A stretch of DNA of 64,000 nucleotides from the NCBI GenBank assembly GCA_052279835.1, contig CP181291.1:2912001-2976000 (forward strand), read 5' to 3'. Each line of letters starts with the position of its first letter. Positions within the stretch are counted from its first letter, which is position 1. The stretch is from Microcoleus sp. (GTDB lineage: Bacteria > Cyanobacteriota > Cyanobacteriia > Cyanobacteriales > Microcoleaceae). Positions 29,391 to 39,669 of the stretch are shown in pieces. The position numbers and the translations under genes are program-made. Below the pieces are notes generated by a model. It worked only from the letters and a program-made list of their open reading frames with translations, searched no databases and was not told the origin of the DNA.

Positions 29391-29903
29391 TTATTTTTTG
29401 GGGGCTGCTCCCATCCGAATTTCTGAACAAAAAGAAGCTTGTTCATTACCGTTAGCTTCCTTGACAACACTAGTACGCAGTCGTAGGTTGGGGATGAGAT
29501 ACCAGAGGCGTTCTTCGGCATGGATAGTTTCAGATTCCGTAATCAATGTCAGCACGTCATCACTGCCCATCACGTAGCGAGTATTGCCCTTGTCTTGGAG
29601 CACTTTGCCTTCCCTGGGATTGTCGGCATTGGGTAAGACCGCTAATATTGTAGAACCGATTTGTTTTTGCTCAGTGCGATCGGGAGTACCCTCCCAACTC
29701 ACCCTAACGCTAGTTAAGCCAGTGGAATTCGGATCGATCGAGTGCTGTTGGCACAGCTTCACGACTGCGGGTTCGGTAGCCGTCAGTATTTCTATTTTGA
29801 GCTCAGATTTGCCAGCCTGCAATTCCCCGGAATTGAGATAGTGTACGGTGCGCTGGGAAAACCATTTGCCTGCACTTAGCTCGAAAAACTCGATAACATC
29901 CAT
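29391..29903 (-). CDS. Phycobiliprotein lyase, CpcS/CpeS family (paralog subtype uncertain)
   Basis: EFFELSAGKWFSQRT, EERLW...PNLRLRTS and ASFCSEIR motifs. Confidence 0.85.
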   Translation of the reverse strand: MDVIEFFELSAGKWFSQRTVHYLNSGELQAGKSELKIEILTATEPAVVKLCQQHSIDPNSTGLTSVRVSWEGTPDRTEQKQIGSTILAVLPNADNPREGKVLQDKGNTRYVMGSDDVLTLITESETIHAEERLWYLIPNLRLRTSVVKEANGNEQASFCSEIRMGAAPKK

Positions 29904-30269
29904 GAATTTTGTCTCTGAACTCAATACTTCTCTATTTTGTATATTTTAAAGGAATGGGTAACACCTGCAAAGCTGTCAAGGAATTTTCAGTTTGAAATTA
30001 ATCAGATAAAGTAACCGTAGAGGGCGCTTTGGCCACAGAAAATAGCAGGGATAGCAACAGAGGGACAATCATCCTGTCAGGACGAGCCATTAACAACAAT
30101 CAAAAAAATAAAATAATGATATAATTCTTAATTACAAAGACGGGTGCCATACCAGTAGCAAACAGAAATTAAATATGTCATGCTAACCAAAGAGACAAGT
30201 TTCTCGATCGTGTTTTTAGCAAGGTGCAGTTAGCGATCGCATACATTTGACAAAAACATCCAAAAATTT

Positions 30270-32501
30270 ATGAGCGAGTTTACGCCAGGGTCAGAGCCCA
30301 TGCTGCCCGCAGCACAGATGCCAGAACTAGAAATCCAGCCCAGTCAGTTAGCCGCCAATTCCGAAGTCCATCGATTATACAGTTTACTAACAGATTACAA
30401 TTTTATTCAAACCAAGCTGTCAGCATCGGGAGTACAGCCCCTAATAGAAGATTACAATTTAGCAATAAACATCCCGAATTTCACAGATAATCACCAAATA
30501 AAAACCCTCAAATTAATCCAAGAAACCCTGGGAATTTCTGCCCACATTATCGCCCAAGATAATACCCAACTACCCACACAACTAATTGCCCGCTTGATGT
30601 GTTTTGAAAATCCCGAAATTAAAGCACTACTAGCCCAAGCAACACACCAAAAATACCCCTGGTTTAGACCGTTAACTGCCAGTTTCACCCCTCCGGGAGG
30701 AAGATTGCAGCGCACCCTCACTGGACATACAGATTGGGTACAAGCTGTAGCAATTACCCCCGACGGTAAGCGGGTAATTTCTGGCTCATCCGACCATAAT
30801 ATCAAAGTTTGGCATTTAGACACAGGAGAGGAAATTTTCACCCTAACAGGTCATCTTACCTACGTCAATGCTGTGGCAGTAACCCCCGATGGCACTCAAG
30901 TAATTTCCGGTTCTTGGGATAATACGATCAAGATTTGGAACCTCGAAACAGGACAAGAAGTATTTACCTTTGCCGGCGATACCTTTGCCGTAGAAGCTGT
31001 AGCAGTTACTCCCGACGGCAAAGCAGTAATTTCTGGTTCATGGGATGGCAGTATTAAGGTTTGGGATTTAAAAAACCGGGAAATAATCTTTAACCTCAAA
31101 AGTCATACAAGTTTTGTACAATCAGTAGCAGTAACACCGGACAGCAAGCGATTGATTTCCGGTTCCGGCGATAACAGCATCAAAGTCTGGAATTTAGAAA
31201 CAGGAAAAGAAATTTTCACTCTGACTGGTCATCGGGATTGGGTCAAATCAGTAGCAGTTAGTCCCGACGGAGAAAAGATTATTTCTGGTAGTTATGACGG
31301 CACAATAAAAGTCTGGAGTTTGAGAGAAAGAAAGAAACTATTTACATTAGGAAGTCATGACAGTTTCATCCAATCTGTGGCAATAACTCCCGATGGCCAG
31401 CGAGTAATTTCTGCTTCCGGTGACAAAACTATCAAAGTTTGGCATCTTGAAACCAAAGCAGAAATATTCAGTTTTACGGATCACATCGCCCCGGTGAATG
31501 CAGTAGCGGTGAGTGCGGACGGTAAACGGATAGTTTCTGGTGCCTCTGACAAAACTCTCAAAGTTTGGTGTTTAGAAACAGAAACACAAAATGTATCATT
31601 TTTAGCCCATCAGGATTCCGTAAATGCTGTGGCAGTAACACCGGATTGCACTAAAGCAATTTCGGGTTCTGGCGACAACACGATTAAAGTCTGGAATCTG
31701 GAAAATGGAGAAGAACTTTTGACTATTTATGGTCATAAAGATTGGGTTAAGGCAATCGCTGTCACCCCAGACAGCCAGCGCATAATTTCGGGTTCCGGTG
31801 ACCAAACGGTGAAAGTTTGGAATGTGGCCACAGGAGAGGAAATTAGGAGTTTCGCAGGTCATACAGACTGGGTAAATTCTGTGGCTGTGACTGCGGACAG
31901 CAGGATGGTAATTTCAGGTTCTGGTGACAAAACTATTAAGGTTTGGAGTCTGGAAACAGGAGAAGAAATTTTTACATTTGTAGGTCACACTGACGGGATA
32001 AAAGCTGTTGCAGTTACTCCTGACGGTAAACGGTTAATTTCTGCGGCTGGTGATAAAACTCTCAAAGTTTGGAGTTTGGGAACCGAAAAAAATAGTTTGG
32101 CTGACCTCTGGAATTTAGTAGTAAAAAATCAACTTTTCACTCTCAAAGGTGATGATAATTTAGTAAATGCTGTAGCAGTTACAGCGGATGGTAAATGGGC
32201 CGTTTGTGGGGGTAGAAAGAGCACGATCAAAGTGTGGGATTTGTCAAGTAGAAAGGAAGTTTTCACTTTGGCTGGTCATGGGGATGCGGTAACAGCTTTG
32301 GCGACGGTGGGGACTAGGGTGATTTCTGTTTCTGATGACAATACCCTGAGAGTTTGGGATTTGTTAAGTCGAGAAGTAATTGCTATTTTTCGGGGAGATA
32401 GTGCGTTGAAATCTTGTGCTATTGCACCGGATGGGGTGACAATTGTGGCGGGGGAAGTTTCGGGACAGGTGCATTTTTTAAAGTTAGAAAATAGTTATTA
32501 G
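30270..32501 (+). CDS. WD40-repeat protein (14 repeats) with N-terminal helical domain
   Basis: 14 repeats of GH...V.AVAVTPDG..ISGS.D.TIKVW. N-terminus LLTDYNFIQTKL...VQPLIEDY. Confidence 0.9.
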   Translation: MSEFTPGSEPMLPAAQMPELEIQPSQLAANSEVHRLYSLLTDYNFIQTKLSASGVQPLIEDYNLAINIPNFTDNHQIKTLKLIQETLGISAHIIAQDNTQLPTQLIARLMCFENPEIKALLAQATHQKYPWFRPLTASFTPPGGRLQRTLTGHTDWVQAVAITPDGKRVISGSSDHNIKVWHLDTGEEIFTLTGHLTYVNAVAVTPDGTQVISGSWDNTIKIWNLETGQEVFTFAGDTFAVEAVAVTPDGKAVISGSWDGSIKVWDLKNREIIFNLKSHTSFVQSVAVTPDSKRLISGSGDNSIKVWNLETGKEIFTLTGHRDWVKSVAVSPDGEKIISGSYDGTIKVWSLRERKKLFTLGSHDSFIQSVAITPDGQRVISASGDKTIKVWHLETKAEIFSFTDHIAPVNAVAVSADGKRIVSGASDKTLKVWCLETETQNVSFLAHQDSVNAVAVTPDCTKAISGSGDNTIKVWNLENGEELLTIYGHKDWVKAIAVTPDSQRIISGSGDQTVKVWNVATGEEIRSFAGHTDWVNSVAVTADSRMVISGSGDKTIKVWSLETGEEIFTFVGHTDGIKAVAVTPDGKRLISAAGDKTLKVWSLGTEKNSLADLWNLVVKNQLFTLKGDDNLVNAVAVTADGKWAVCGGRKSTIKVWDLSSRKEVFTLAGHGDAVTALATVGTRVISVSDDNTLRVWDLLSREVIAIFRGDSALKSCAIAPDGVTIVAGEVSGQVHFLKLENSY

Positions 32502-32628
32502 TCCTCTAGGGTTGTATTGGAATTTTTTAACCGCAGAGGACACAGAGGACACAGAGGGACAGTATAGAGAGATGAATAGTTTTGATGAAGAGAGGATTTG
32601 CTAGGACAACTTAAGACTAATACCGAAT

Positions 32629-33567
32629 TTAATTCAGTGCTTTCATTGCTGCGACGACTTGCTGCGATACAAAAGGCAAAATTTGTTCGTTTTTACTATT
32701 CTGTTTCCCTTCGGTAAATACCACTAACAAGTAAGGGCGCAGATTTGGTATTTCAATGTAGGCCGCATCGTGACGCACTTGACTTGTGAGCCCAGCTTTT
32801 GACCACAGTTTCGCTTCTAATGGTAATCCGCTACCTAAAAAACCTGTAACTTGATTTTCGGGATCTGCTTCTAATTCGGCTGGTTCTAAGCTACGTTTCA
32901 TTAAACCCATCATCTCTTGGGATGCTTTGGCGGAAACAGCTACACCACCGATGATACTATGCAACAAAATCGCTGTGGCATTGGTGGTTAGCATATTTCT
33001 ATTTTCCATTAATTCTCCCAAAAATTCTCGCTCCCGACCGTAGGGGCCGTCGCACCATGTTTTTTGATTGAGGTTAATGTCTTGTAAGTCTAGCCAATTT
33101 AATGATTGAAAGTAACGGTTGATGATGTTTCGCTGCTGTTTCCAGGTTTCAAAGGGGCCGGAGGGCAATTCTGGACCACTGGTGGTGCCGGTTAGTACAT
33201 CTACTACTAAACTGGTGGCGTCGTTGCTGGAATCTACTATCATGTCTCTGACAGCGCGTTCTAATTCTTTTGATGTTTTAATCATCCCTTTTTCTGCCCA
33301 TTCCCAGACGGCAACAAGGTAGAATAATTTGACGATGCTGGCTGGATACACTCGTTCTGAAGCCCGATGGCTATAACCTCTGGCTTGATATTTCCAAAAT
33401 TCTTCGGGGCTGAGAGCTCCGCCTGTGTTGACTCGCACGGGCGGATCGTAGACTATCCAGGTGAGGGCGAGACGATCGCCTGTTAATTCTGTAAATTCTG
33501 CGTGAACTGCATCTATAATGCTCTTGCCGAGGGTTTCTAGTTGTTCGTCAAGACGAAAAAATGTCAT
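32629..33567 (-). CDS. Serine hydrolase, class A beta-lactamase-like family
   Basis: SxxK (ASIVK), SSND and KAG motifs. Confidence 0.85.
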   Translation of the reverse strand: MTFFRLDEQLETLGKSIIDAVHAEFTELTGDRLALTWIVYDPPVRVNTGGALSPEEFWKYQARGYSHRASERVYPASIVKLFYLVAVWEWAEKGMIKTSKELERAVRDMIVDSSNDATSLVVDVLTGTTSGPELPSGPFETWKQQRNIINRYFQSLNWLDLQDINLNQKTWCDGPYGREREFLGELMENRNMLTTNATAILLHSIIGGVAVSAKASQEMMGLMKRSLEPAELEADPENQVTGFLGSGLPLEAKLWSKAGLTSQVRHDAAYIEIPNLRPYLLVVFTEGKQNSKNEQILPFVSQQVVAAMKALN

Positions 33568-33646
33568 GGTAATTTTAGGGGGTTATGAGGGCTTGCTATA
33601 GGAGTTATCGGTTATCAGTTATCAACTATAAACTAGAAAAAATTAA

Positions 33647-34360
33647 ATGACTAATTATCAATTATCTGATGTTGTGGAGTATCGGGCCCGATCGCACATA
33701 AATATTTACGATTCCCCCAGGTGCGATCGACTGGCGACTCAGGCGATGGCTGGGCGACACTTGCGAGTTGTCGAATTACCCCTGGTTAATGCTGGGATAG
33801 GTGTAAATTTTGATACCAGGGCTGTGATGGTGCGGCTGTGCGAAGATGATTATCCGGGATGGCTGGATCTGCGAGATGTTGAGTCGATTTCAGTGGCACA
33901 AATACCCTATCATCCTGTGATTTTATCGGAGACAAAAATTCGAGAAAAATTACCAAAAGTAATTAATTTTGCTCATCAGGCGATGCACCAATCTAATGAA
34001 TATCTTTGGGGCGGCACTGTGGGGCCAAATTATGATTGTTCTGGATTAATGCAGGCTGCTTTCATGTCGGCGGGTATCTGGTTGCCGAGGGATGCTTATC
34101 AGCAGGAAGCTTTTACTAAGCCTATTAGTATAACTTGTTTAGAACCGGGAGATTTGGTTTTTTTTGGAACACCAGAAAAGGCTACTCATGTGGGATTATA
34201 TCTGGGAGGCGATCGCTATATTCACAGTTCCGGCACTGAACAAGGTCGCAATGGTATCGGGATCGATATTTTGTCGGAGGATGGCGATCGAGTTAGTCAA
34301 GCTTATTATCGGCAATTGCGAGGATATGGTAAAGTGGTGGCAAGTTATCAGCCTAGTTAG
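33647..34360 (+). CDS. NlpC/P60 (C40) peptidase
   Basis: YLWGG, YDCSGL, LPRDAYQQ, PGDLVFF, HVGLY and IHSS motifs. Confidence 0.9.
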   Translation: MTNYQLSDVVEYRARSHINIYDSPRCDRLATQAMAGRHLRVVELPLVNAGIGVNFDTRAVMVRLCEDDYPGWLDLRDVESISVAQIPYHPVILSETKIREKLPKVINFAHQAMHQSNEYLWGGTVGPNYDCSGLMQAAFMSAGIWLPRDAYQQEAFTKPISITCLEPGDLVFFGTPEKATHVGLYLGGDRYIHSSGTEQGRNGIGIDILSEDGDRVSQAYYRQLRGYGKVVASYQPS

Positions 34361-34403
34361 TTGTTGATAGTTGAGTTGACGGTTGATGTTATAGCATAAA
34401 GAA

Positions 34404-35408
34404 ATGGACGCTGCATTATTTTTGGAAAAATTGGCGGGGAAAAAGGCTGAAGCAGAGGTGATACTTGATGTTTCGGCGGTAGTCCCGGTGTATAATGAAG
34501 TGGAAAGTTTACCTCATTTGATTGAGGCGATCGCCACTTCGATTCAAGCCTCTGGACTCAGCTATGAAATTATTTGCGTAGATGATGGTTCTAAGGATGG
34601 TTCCGCTGAACTTCTCAAACAGTTAGCTAGCAGTCGCGATGACCTTTGTGCTGTAATTTTACGCCGCAATTATGGTCAAACTGCTGCCATGTCGGCGGGT
34701 TTCGATCGCGCTCGCGGTCGTGCTATTGTCACCCTAGACGGCGATTTGCAAAATGACCCGGCTGATATTCCCCTATTGTTGGCAAAGTTAGATGAAGGCT
34801 ACGATTTGGTCAGTGGTTGGCGGAAAAATCGGCAAGATAATACTATTAGTCGGTTAATTCCTTCTAAAATGGCGAACTGGCTGATTGGCCGCGTTACAGG
34901 CGTGACTTTACACGACTACGGCTGTTCTTTGAAAGCTTATCGGGCGGAGTTGGTGGCAGACTTGAATCTCTACGGGGAATTGCACCGATTTTTGCCAGCT
35001 TTGGCGTTTATTGAAGGGGCGAGAATTGCCGAAATGCCGGTGCGACACCACGCCCGCCGTTTTGGTCAAAGCAAGTATGGAATTTGGCGGACTTTTCGGG
35101 TATTGATGGATTTGTTGACTATTTCTTTTATGAAGAAGTTTTTAACTCGCCCCATGCACGTTTTTGGACTTTTGGGACTGAGTTCTATGACTTTGGGAAC
35201 TGTTTTAGGGATTTATTTAACATTCCTGAAATTGGGTTTTGGTCAAAGTATTGGGAATCGTCCTTTACTGATTTTAGCTGTGGTTTTGCTGTTAACAGGG
35301 GTGCAGTTATTTTGTTTTGGTTTATTAGCAGAAGTGATGATGCGGACTTATCATGAATCTCAGGGTAAACCAATTTATCGGGTACGCGAAGTGTTTGGTT
35401 CTCAGTAA
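34404..35408 (+). CDS. Glycosyltransferase family 2 (ArnC/DPM1-like)
   Basis: VVPVYNE, VDDGSKD, RNYGQTAA, DGDLQNDP motifs and two C-terminal TM helices. Confidence 0.9.
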   Translation: MDAALFLEKLAGKKAEAEVILDVSAVVPVYNEVESLPHLIEAIATSIQASGLSYEIICVDDGSKDGSAELLKQLASSRDDLCAVILRRNYGQTAAMSAGFDRARGRAIVTLDGDLQNDPADIPLLLAKLDEGYDLVSGWRKNRQDNTISRLIPSKMANWLIGRVTGVTLHDYGCSLKAYRAELVADLNLYGELHRFLPALAFIEGARIAEMPVRHHARRFGQSKYGIWRTFRVLMDLLTISFMKKFLTRPMHVFGLLGLSSMTLGTVLGIYLTFLKLGFGQSIGNRPLLILAVVLLLTGVQLFCFGLLAEVMMRTYHESQGKPIYRVREVFGSQ

Positions 35409-35428
35409 GGGGTTGATACCAATTATAC

Positions 35429-35583
35429 TCGGCGATTGAAATCGCTGCTACACAAACAAAGTCCGCCTTCGCGGACTGAAGAAATAGGAAAGTTTTAATA
35501 CCAAATCCGGGTTTTAAACCCCCTCGATCTCTTAGTCCGCGGAGGCGGACTTCGTTTGACTTTCTGGCGGTTTCAACCGCCGA
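35429..35583. mobile_element. MITE-like element with about 50-bp inverted arms between convergent genes
   Basis: TCGGCGATTGAAATCGC...AGTCCGCCTTCGCGGACT and AGTCCGCGGAGGCGGACT...GCGGTTTCAACCGCCGA. Confidence 0.75.
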
Positions 35584-35592
35584 ATGATCTTT

Positions 35593-36762
35593 TTAACTCA
35601 TGACTTTTTGAGCTTGTCGGAGAGATGTAATAGTGGCGATCGCGTGTTGAGAGACTGCATCTATTTCTGCTACAGTATTGAAACGGCCAATCCCAAACCG
35701 AATCGAAGCGTAGGCTAATTTGTCCGATCGCCCGATCGCTGCTAAAACATGAGATGGAGATATTTTGGCAGAAGTACAAGCAGAACCGGAAGAAACCGCC
35801 GCCGCTGACTGTAACCCCAACAGCAATGCTTGACCGTCAACGCCACCTACACTAATATTAAGATTTCCTGGCAATCTTTTAGTAGCGTGACCGTTGAGAA
35901 ACACATCTCCTAATTCTGCCAAATTTTGCCACAAACGCTCTCGCAAACTCACAACTCGTGCAGTTTCCTCCTCCATTTCCGCAATTCCTAATTCCACAGC
36001 TTTAGCAAATCCGACTATTTGCGGTGCGTACAGTGTACCCGATCGCATTCCCCGTTCGTGACCGCCACCGTGCATTTGTGGTGCTAACTGCACTCTCGGT
36101 TTATGGCGACGCACATAGAGAGCTCCAATGCCTTTTGGTCCGTAAATTTTGTGGGCTGTCAATGACATTAGATCGATATTCATCTCCTCGACATCTAGGG
36201 GAATTTTACCAATCGCCTGGGCTGCATCTGTGTGGAAAATAATATCATTTCCGCGACAGATTGCCGCAATTTCTCCAATCGGTTGAATCACTCCAATTTC
36301 ATTATTAGCAGTCATCACCGAAACTAAAATAGTCTCCGCTCGAATCGCCTTGATCAAGTCGCCTATATCAATCAATCCGTCACTTTTTACAGGTAGAACA
36401 GTAATGTCAAATCCCAATTTTTCCAAATAGGTACAGGGGTCAAGAACCGCATTATGTTCAGTTTTTACTGTTATAATGTGCTTTCCTTTACTGAAATAGG
36501 CTTCGGCGATGCCTTTAATCGCTAAGTTATTGGCTTCCGTTGCACCGCTGGTAAAAACAATTTCTTCTGGAGAGGCATTGATGGCTTCTGCTAAAATTTG
36601 TCGTGACTGTTTTACCGCTGCTTCGGCTTCCCAGCCGTAGACGTGGTTGATGCTGGCTGCATTGCCGAATTGCTCGGTGAAATAGGGCACCATCGCATCA
36701 AGTACCCGCTTGTCTACGGGGGTTGTCGAGTGGTTGTCGAGGTAGATAGGACGTGCGGACAT
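35593..36762 (-). CDS. iscS: Cysteine desulfurase IscS/NifS type
   Basis: IYLDNHSTTP, FTSGATEANN, TAHKIYGPKG (PLP Lys) and SSGSACTS (catalytic Cys). Confidence 0.92.
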   Translation of the reverse strand: MSARPIYLDNHSTTPVDKRVLDAMVPYFTEQFGNAASINHVYGWEAEAAVKQSRQILAEAINASPEEIVFTSGATEANNLAIKGIAEAYFSKGKHIITVKTEHNAVLDPCTYLEKLGFDITVLPVKSDGLIDIGDLIKAIRAETILVSVMTANNEIGVIQPIGEIAAICRGNDIIFHTDAAQAIGKIPLDVEEMNIDLMSLTAHKIYGPKGIGALYVRRHKPRVQLAPQMHGGGHERGMRSGTLYAPQIVGFAKAVELGIAEMEEETARVVSLRERLWQNLAELGDVFLNGHATKRLPGNLNISVGGVDGQALLLGLQSAAAVSSGSACTSAKISPSHVLAAIGRSDKLAYASIRFGIGRFNTVAEIDAVSQHAIATITSLRQAQKVMS

Positions 36763-36858
36763 AGTGGAAATTTAGTGAAAAAAGATGTTAGATTTATTGT
36801 AGACGAGCCTTTTGTTCTATAGCTAAAATTTATAATTAACAAATATTTGTAAAGATTT

Positions 36859-37509
36859 ATGCGCTCTGACATCCAGGGATTAGAAATTACTGCGGGTGAA
36901 CTCAAACGCCTCAGCGGTACGGGCCCCGATCGCGTATATCGACCCGCAACAGCAACTAAGTTTGTTCGCGAAGGTGTGAAAACCTTCGGTTTAATTATTT
37001 TAGTTCTGATCAGTTGTTTGCTGCTGGTAATGATATTTCCCAGGGCTTATTTGGTTTGGTTAGCCATTCACCTGATGGCGATCGCCGGTTTAATCTTTGA
37101 GGATATCTGGAAAATTAGGTGCAGCCACCAAAACAAACATTTAATTAATCTTTTTGATGATGTCGATCGCTACAATGGTATCATCAAGGCGATCGCCATT
37201 AATGACGACATAGAAGATGCTGGTAATTCGGGAGTCAAAATAACCGATCGCTCAAAAGTCATTCAAGCATTGGATCTGATCAGAAATGATTTAGTCAGAG
37301 CGTTGAAAACCGAGAGAATCATCAGGGAAAACCAAAAATTTGTGGGAACTAACTCCGAACTATTCGCCACTAACCTAGTCGCCTTAAATGCCTTGCAAAT
37401 TAGCGATCGGGCTAGCGAACAAGGGCGATTGCTAAACGAAGCTTTGCAGGTAGCCGTGGGAGTTCAAGCAGAAATGAAAAAGTTGCAACAGCGAAAGGAG
37501 GCAACTTAA
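36859..37509 (+). CDS. Hypothetical membrane protein (2 TM plus coiled coil)
   Basis: 216-aa ORF with two hydrophobic helices and an LVRALKTERIIREN segment. Confidence 0.7.
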   Translation: MRSDIQGLEITAGELKRLSGTGPDRVYRPATATKFVREGVKTFGLIILVLISCLLLVMIFPRAYLVWLAIHLMAIAGLIFEDIWKIRCSHQNKHLINLFDDVDRYNGIIKAIAINDDIEDAGNSGVKITDRSKVIQALDLIRNDLVRALKTERIIRENQKFVGTNSELFATNLVALNALQISDRASEQGRLLNEALQVAVGVQAEMKKLQQRKEAT

Positions 37510-37579
37510 AGTAAAATTTTTTCAGTGAAGTCACTGGGTCAGGATATCTTAGAAAGGTGACGTTAACAACCAGGTCAGT

Positions 37580-38899
37580 ATGTCTGCTAAACCTAAGATT
37601 ATAGTTCTTGATGACGATCCCACAGGTTCTCAAACCGTGCACAGTTGCTTGCTGCTGACTACTTGGGACGACGCAACCCTGCGTTTGGGACTGCGGGACA
37701 AATCGCCGATTTTCTTTATACTGACAAATACTCGATCGCTAACTCCCGAAAACGCAGCCTCCGTCACCCGCGAAGTCTGCCAAAATCTTAAAATTGCGAT
37801 CGCCGCCGAAGGAATTCAGGATTTTTTAATAGTTAGCCGTTCCGATTCTACCCTGCGCGGCCACTATCCCATCGAAACCGACGCGATCGCCGAAGAACTA
37901 GGCCCCTTCGACGGTCATTTTCTAATACCCGCCTTTTTTGAAGGAGGTAGAATTACCCGCGACAGCGTACATTATCTAATGGTTAACAACGTCGAAACAC
38001 CAGTCCACGAAACCGAATTTGCCAAAGATTCAGTCTTTGGCTACAGCCACAGTTACCTCCCAGACTACGTGGAAGAAAAAACCAAAGGTCGGATTCAGGC
38101 CGAAAATGTCGATCGCATCTTACTCGCAGACATCCGCCAAGGAAACTTAGATCGACTCATGGACATGACAAACAACCAATGTGCAGTAGTAGATTGCGAA
38201 AATCAAAGCGATTTAGACACCTTTGCCAAACACATTCTCGATGCAGCTAGTCAAGGGAAAAAGTTTTTATTCCGCAGCGCAGCCAGCATCTTAACATCCT
38301 TAGCCGACCTAGGTCCCCAGCCCATCGCCGCCGACAATATGGCAAAATATGTCAGGAATGGCAAACCCGGTGCAGTAATAGTTGGTTCCCACGTTAAAAA
38401 AACCACAGAACAATTGGAACAATTGTTAAAAGAACCCAATACAGCGAGCATTGAAATAGATGTAGCTCATTTACTAGAAGAAGCCCCAGAGTATCGGACA
38501 AATTTACTGAATAAAACCCTAGAAAAAGTCCGCAATGCTCACAGCCATGACAAAACCCCAGTAATTTATACCAGCCGCCAGGAACTACAATTTAAAAGCA
38601 CCGAAATTAGGTTAAAATTTGGAGAAGCTGTTTCTGGTTTATTGATGGATATTGTCCGCGGCCTGCCGGGAGATATCGGGTTTTTAATCAGCAAAGGCGG
38701 GATTACTTCCAATGATGTTTTGAGTACAGGTTTGTCCCTCAAAAGTGTCAGACTCCTAGGTCAAATCATCCCTGGTTGTTCAGTAGTAAAAACCGAAGAA
38801 AATCATCCTCTATTTCCCAATTTACCAGTAGTTTTGTTTCCCGGAAATGTCGGAGATAGTAATGCTTTAGCCACGGCTTACCAGCGACTGAGCAAGTAA
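37580..38899 (+). CDS. Four-carbon acid sugar kinase family protein (DUF1537)
   Basis: VLDDDPTG, SRSDSTLRGH, SKGGITS and FPGNVG motifs. Confidence 0.88.
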   Translation: MSAKPKIIVLDDDPTGSQTVHSCLLLTTWDDATLRLGLRDKSPIFFILTNTRSLTPENAASVTREVCQNLKIAIAAEGIQDFLIVSRSDSTLRGHYPIETDAIAEELGPFDGHFLIPAFFEGGRITRDSVHYLMVNNVETPVHETEFAKDSVFGYSHSYLPDYVEEKTKGRIQAENVDRILLADIRQGNLDRLMDMTNNQCAVVDCENQSDLDTFAKHILDAASQGKKFLFRSAASILTSLADLGPQPIAADNMAKYVRNGKPGAVIVGSHVKKTTEQLEQLLKEPNTASIEIDVAHLLEEAPEYRTNLLNKTLEKVRNAHSHDKTPVIYTSRQELQFKSTEIRLKFGEAVSGLLMDIVRGLPGDIGFLISKGGITSNDVLSTGLSLKSVRLLGQIIPGCSVVKTEENHPLFPNLPVVLFPGNVGDSNALATAYQRLSK

Positions 38900-39003
38900 T
38901 ATAGCAATTCTAAATCATTTGTGAATTTCTTACTCCCGGACCTTCATAAGGTCCGGGTTGGGGTGGGGTAAAAAACTTTACGACTCCTGCAAGGACTGCT
39001 ATA
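38900..39003. mobile_element. 104-bp MITE-like element, copy 2
   Basis: Same length and near-identical to 7695-7798; sits right after the stop codon. Confidence 0.8.
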
Positions 39004-39355
39004 CAATCCGGTCGGTATCAACCGGGTTTTTGCACAAAATTAAAGTCTCCCAGCCTGGAATTCCACTGAAAAACCCGGTTATATCAAATCCGGTAACATC
39101 GGAATTATTCATCTCTCTTATCTCCCTCTGTGTTCTCTGCGTTCTCTGTGGTTAAATCATTCCGATACAACCGGAATTGATATTACTTTGATATTCAAAT
39201 ATCCCAGACTATTAGATATCTCCCCAAAATATCTTCACAGAACAGGCACTACAGCCTGTTCCAGAGGAATTATTGGAGATGTCTATTAGTCCAGGACGCA
39301 TTTAGAGATCGGACACTTCTCTTCCTCAGCGTCCTCTGTGTTCTCTGCGGTTTAA
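39004..39355. repeat. Mosaic of small inverted-repeat elements
   Basis: AACCGGGTTTTT...AAAAACCCGGTT; TATCAAATCCGG...CCGGAATTGATA; TAGATATCTCC...GGAGATGTCTA; two CTCTG nonamer tracts. Confidence 0.7.
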
Positions 39356-39669
39356 TCAAACCGATGCCAATTGTAACTTTTACAAAAACTTAACCCCTGC
39401 TTTTCTCGGCAGCGATCGCCCGCACATGATATGATAAAAAGTCTTTATCTAATTAAAACATATTCCCAAAAATTAAATTCGTGCCCGGACTCGCTATTTT
39501 CAAAAAAATTAAATTCATCCACAAAAGCTAGGAGCAAACTCTACATATAGGGCTGATAGTAGCAAAGATACTACTATCAGTAGTGTTTTCAGCTTGTATG
39601 ACTTAAACCTTAAAATTAAGTAGAAATTTAGACCTCGCAATTTTAAACCCAAAACGTTAGCATATAAAG

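Noticed and set aside
32629..33567. Antibiotic-resistance beta-lactamase (also 59491-60735)
   Set aside because: Only the general SxxK fold motifs are seen, in a chromosomal cell-wall context with no mobile element; activity is unsupported.
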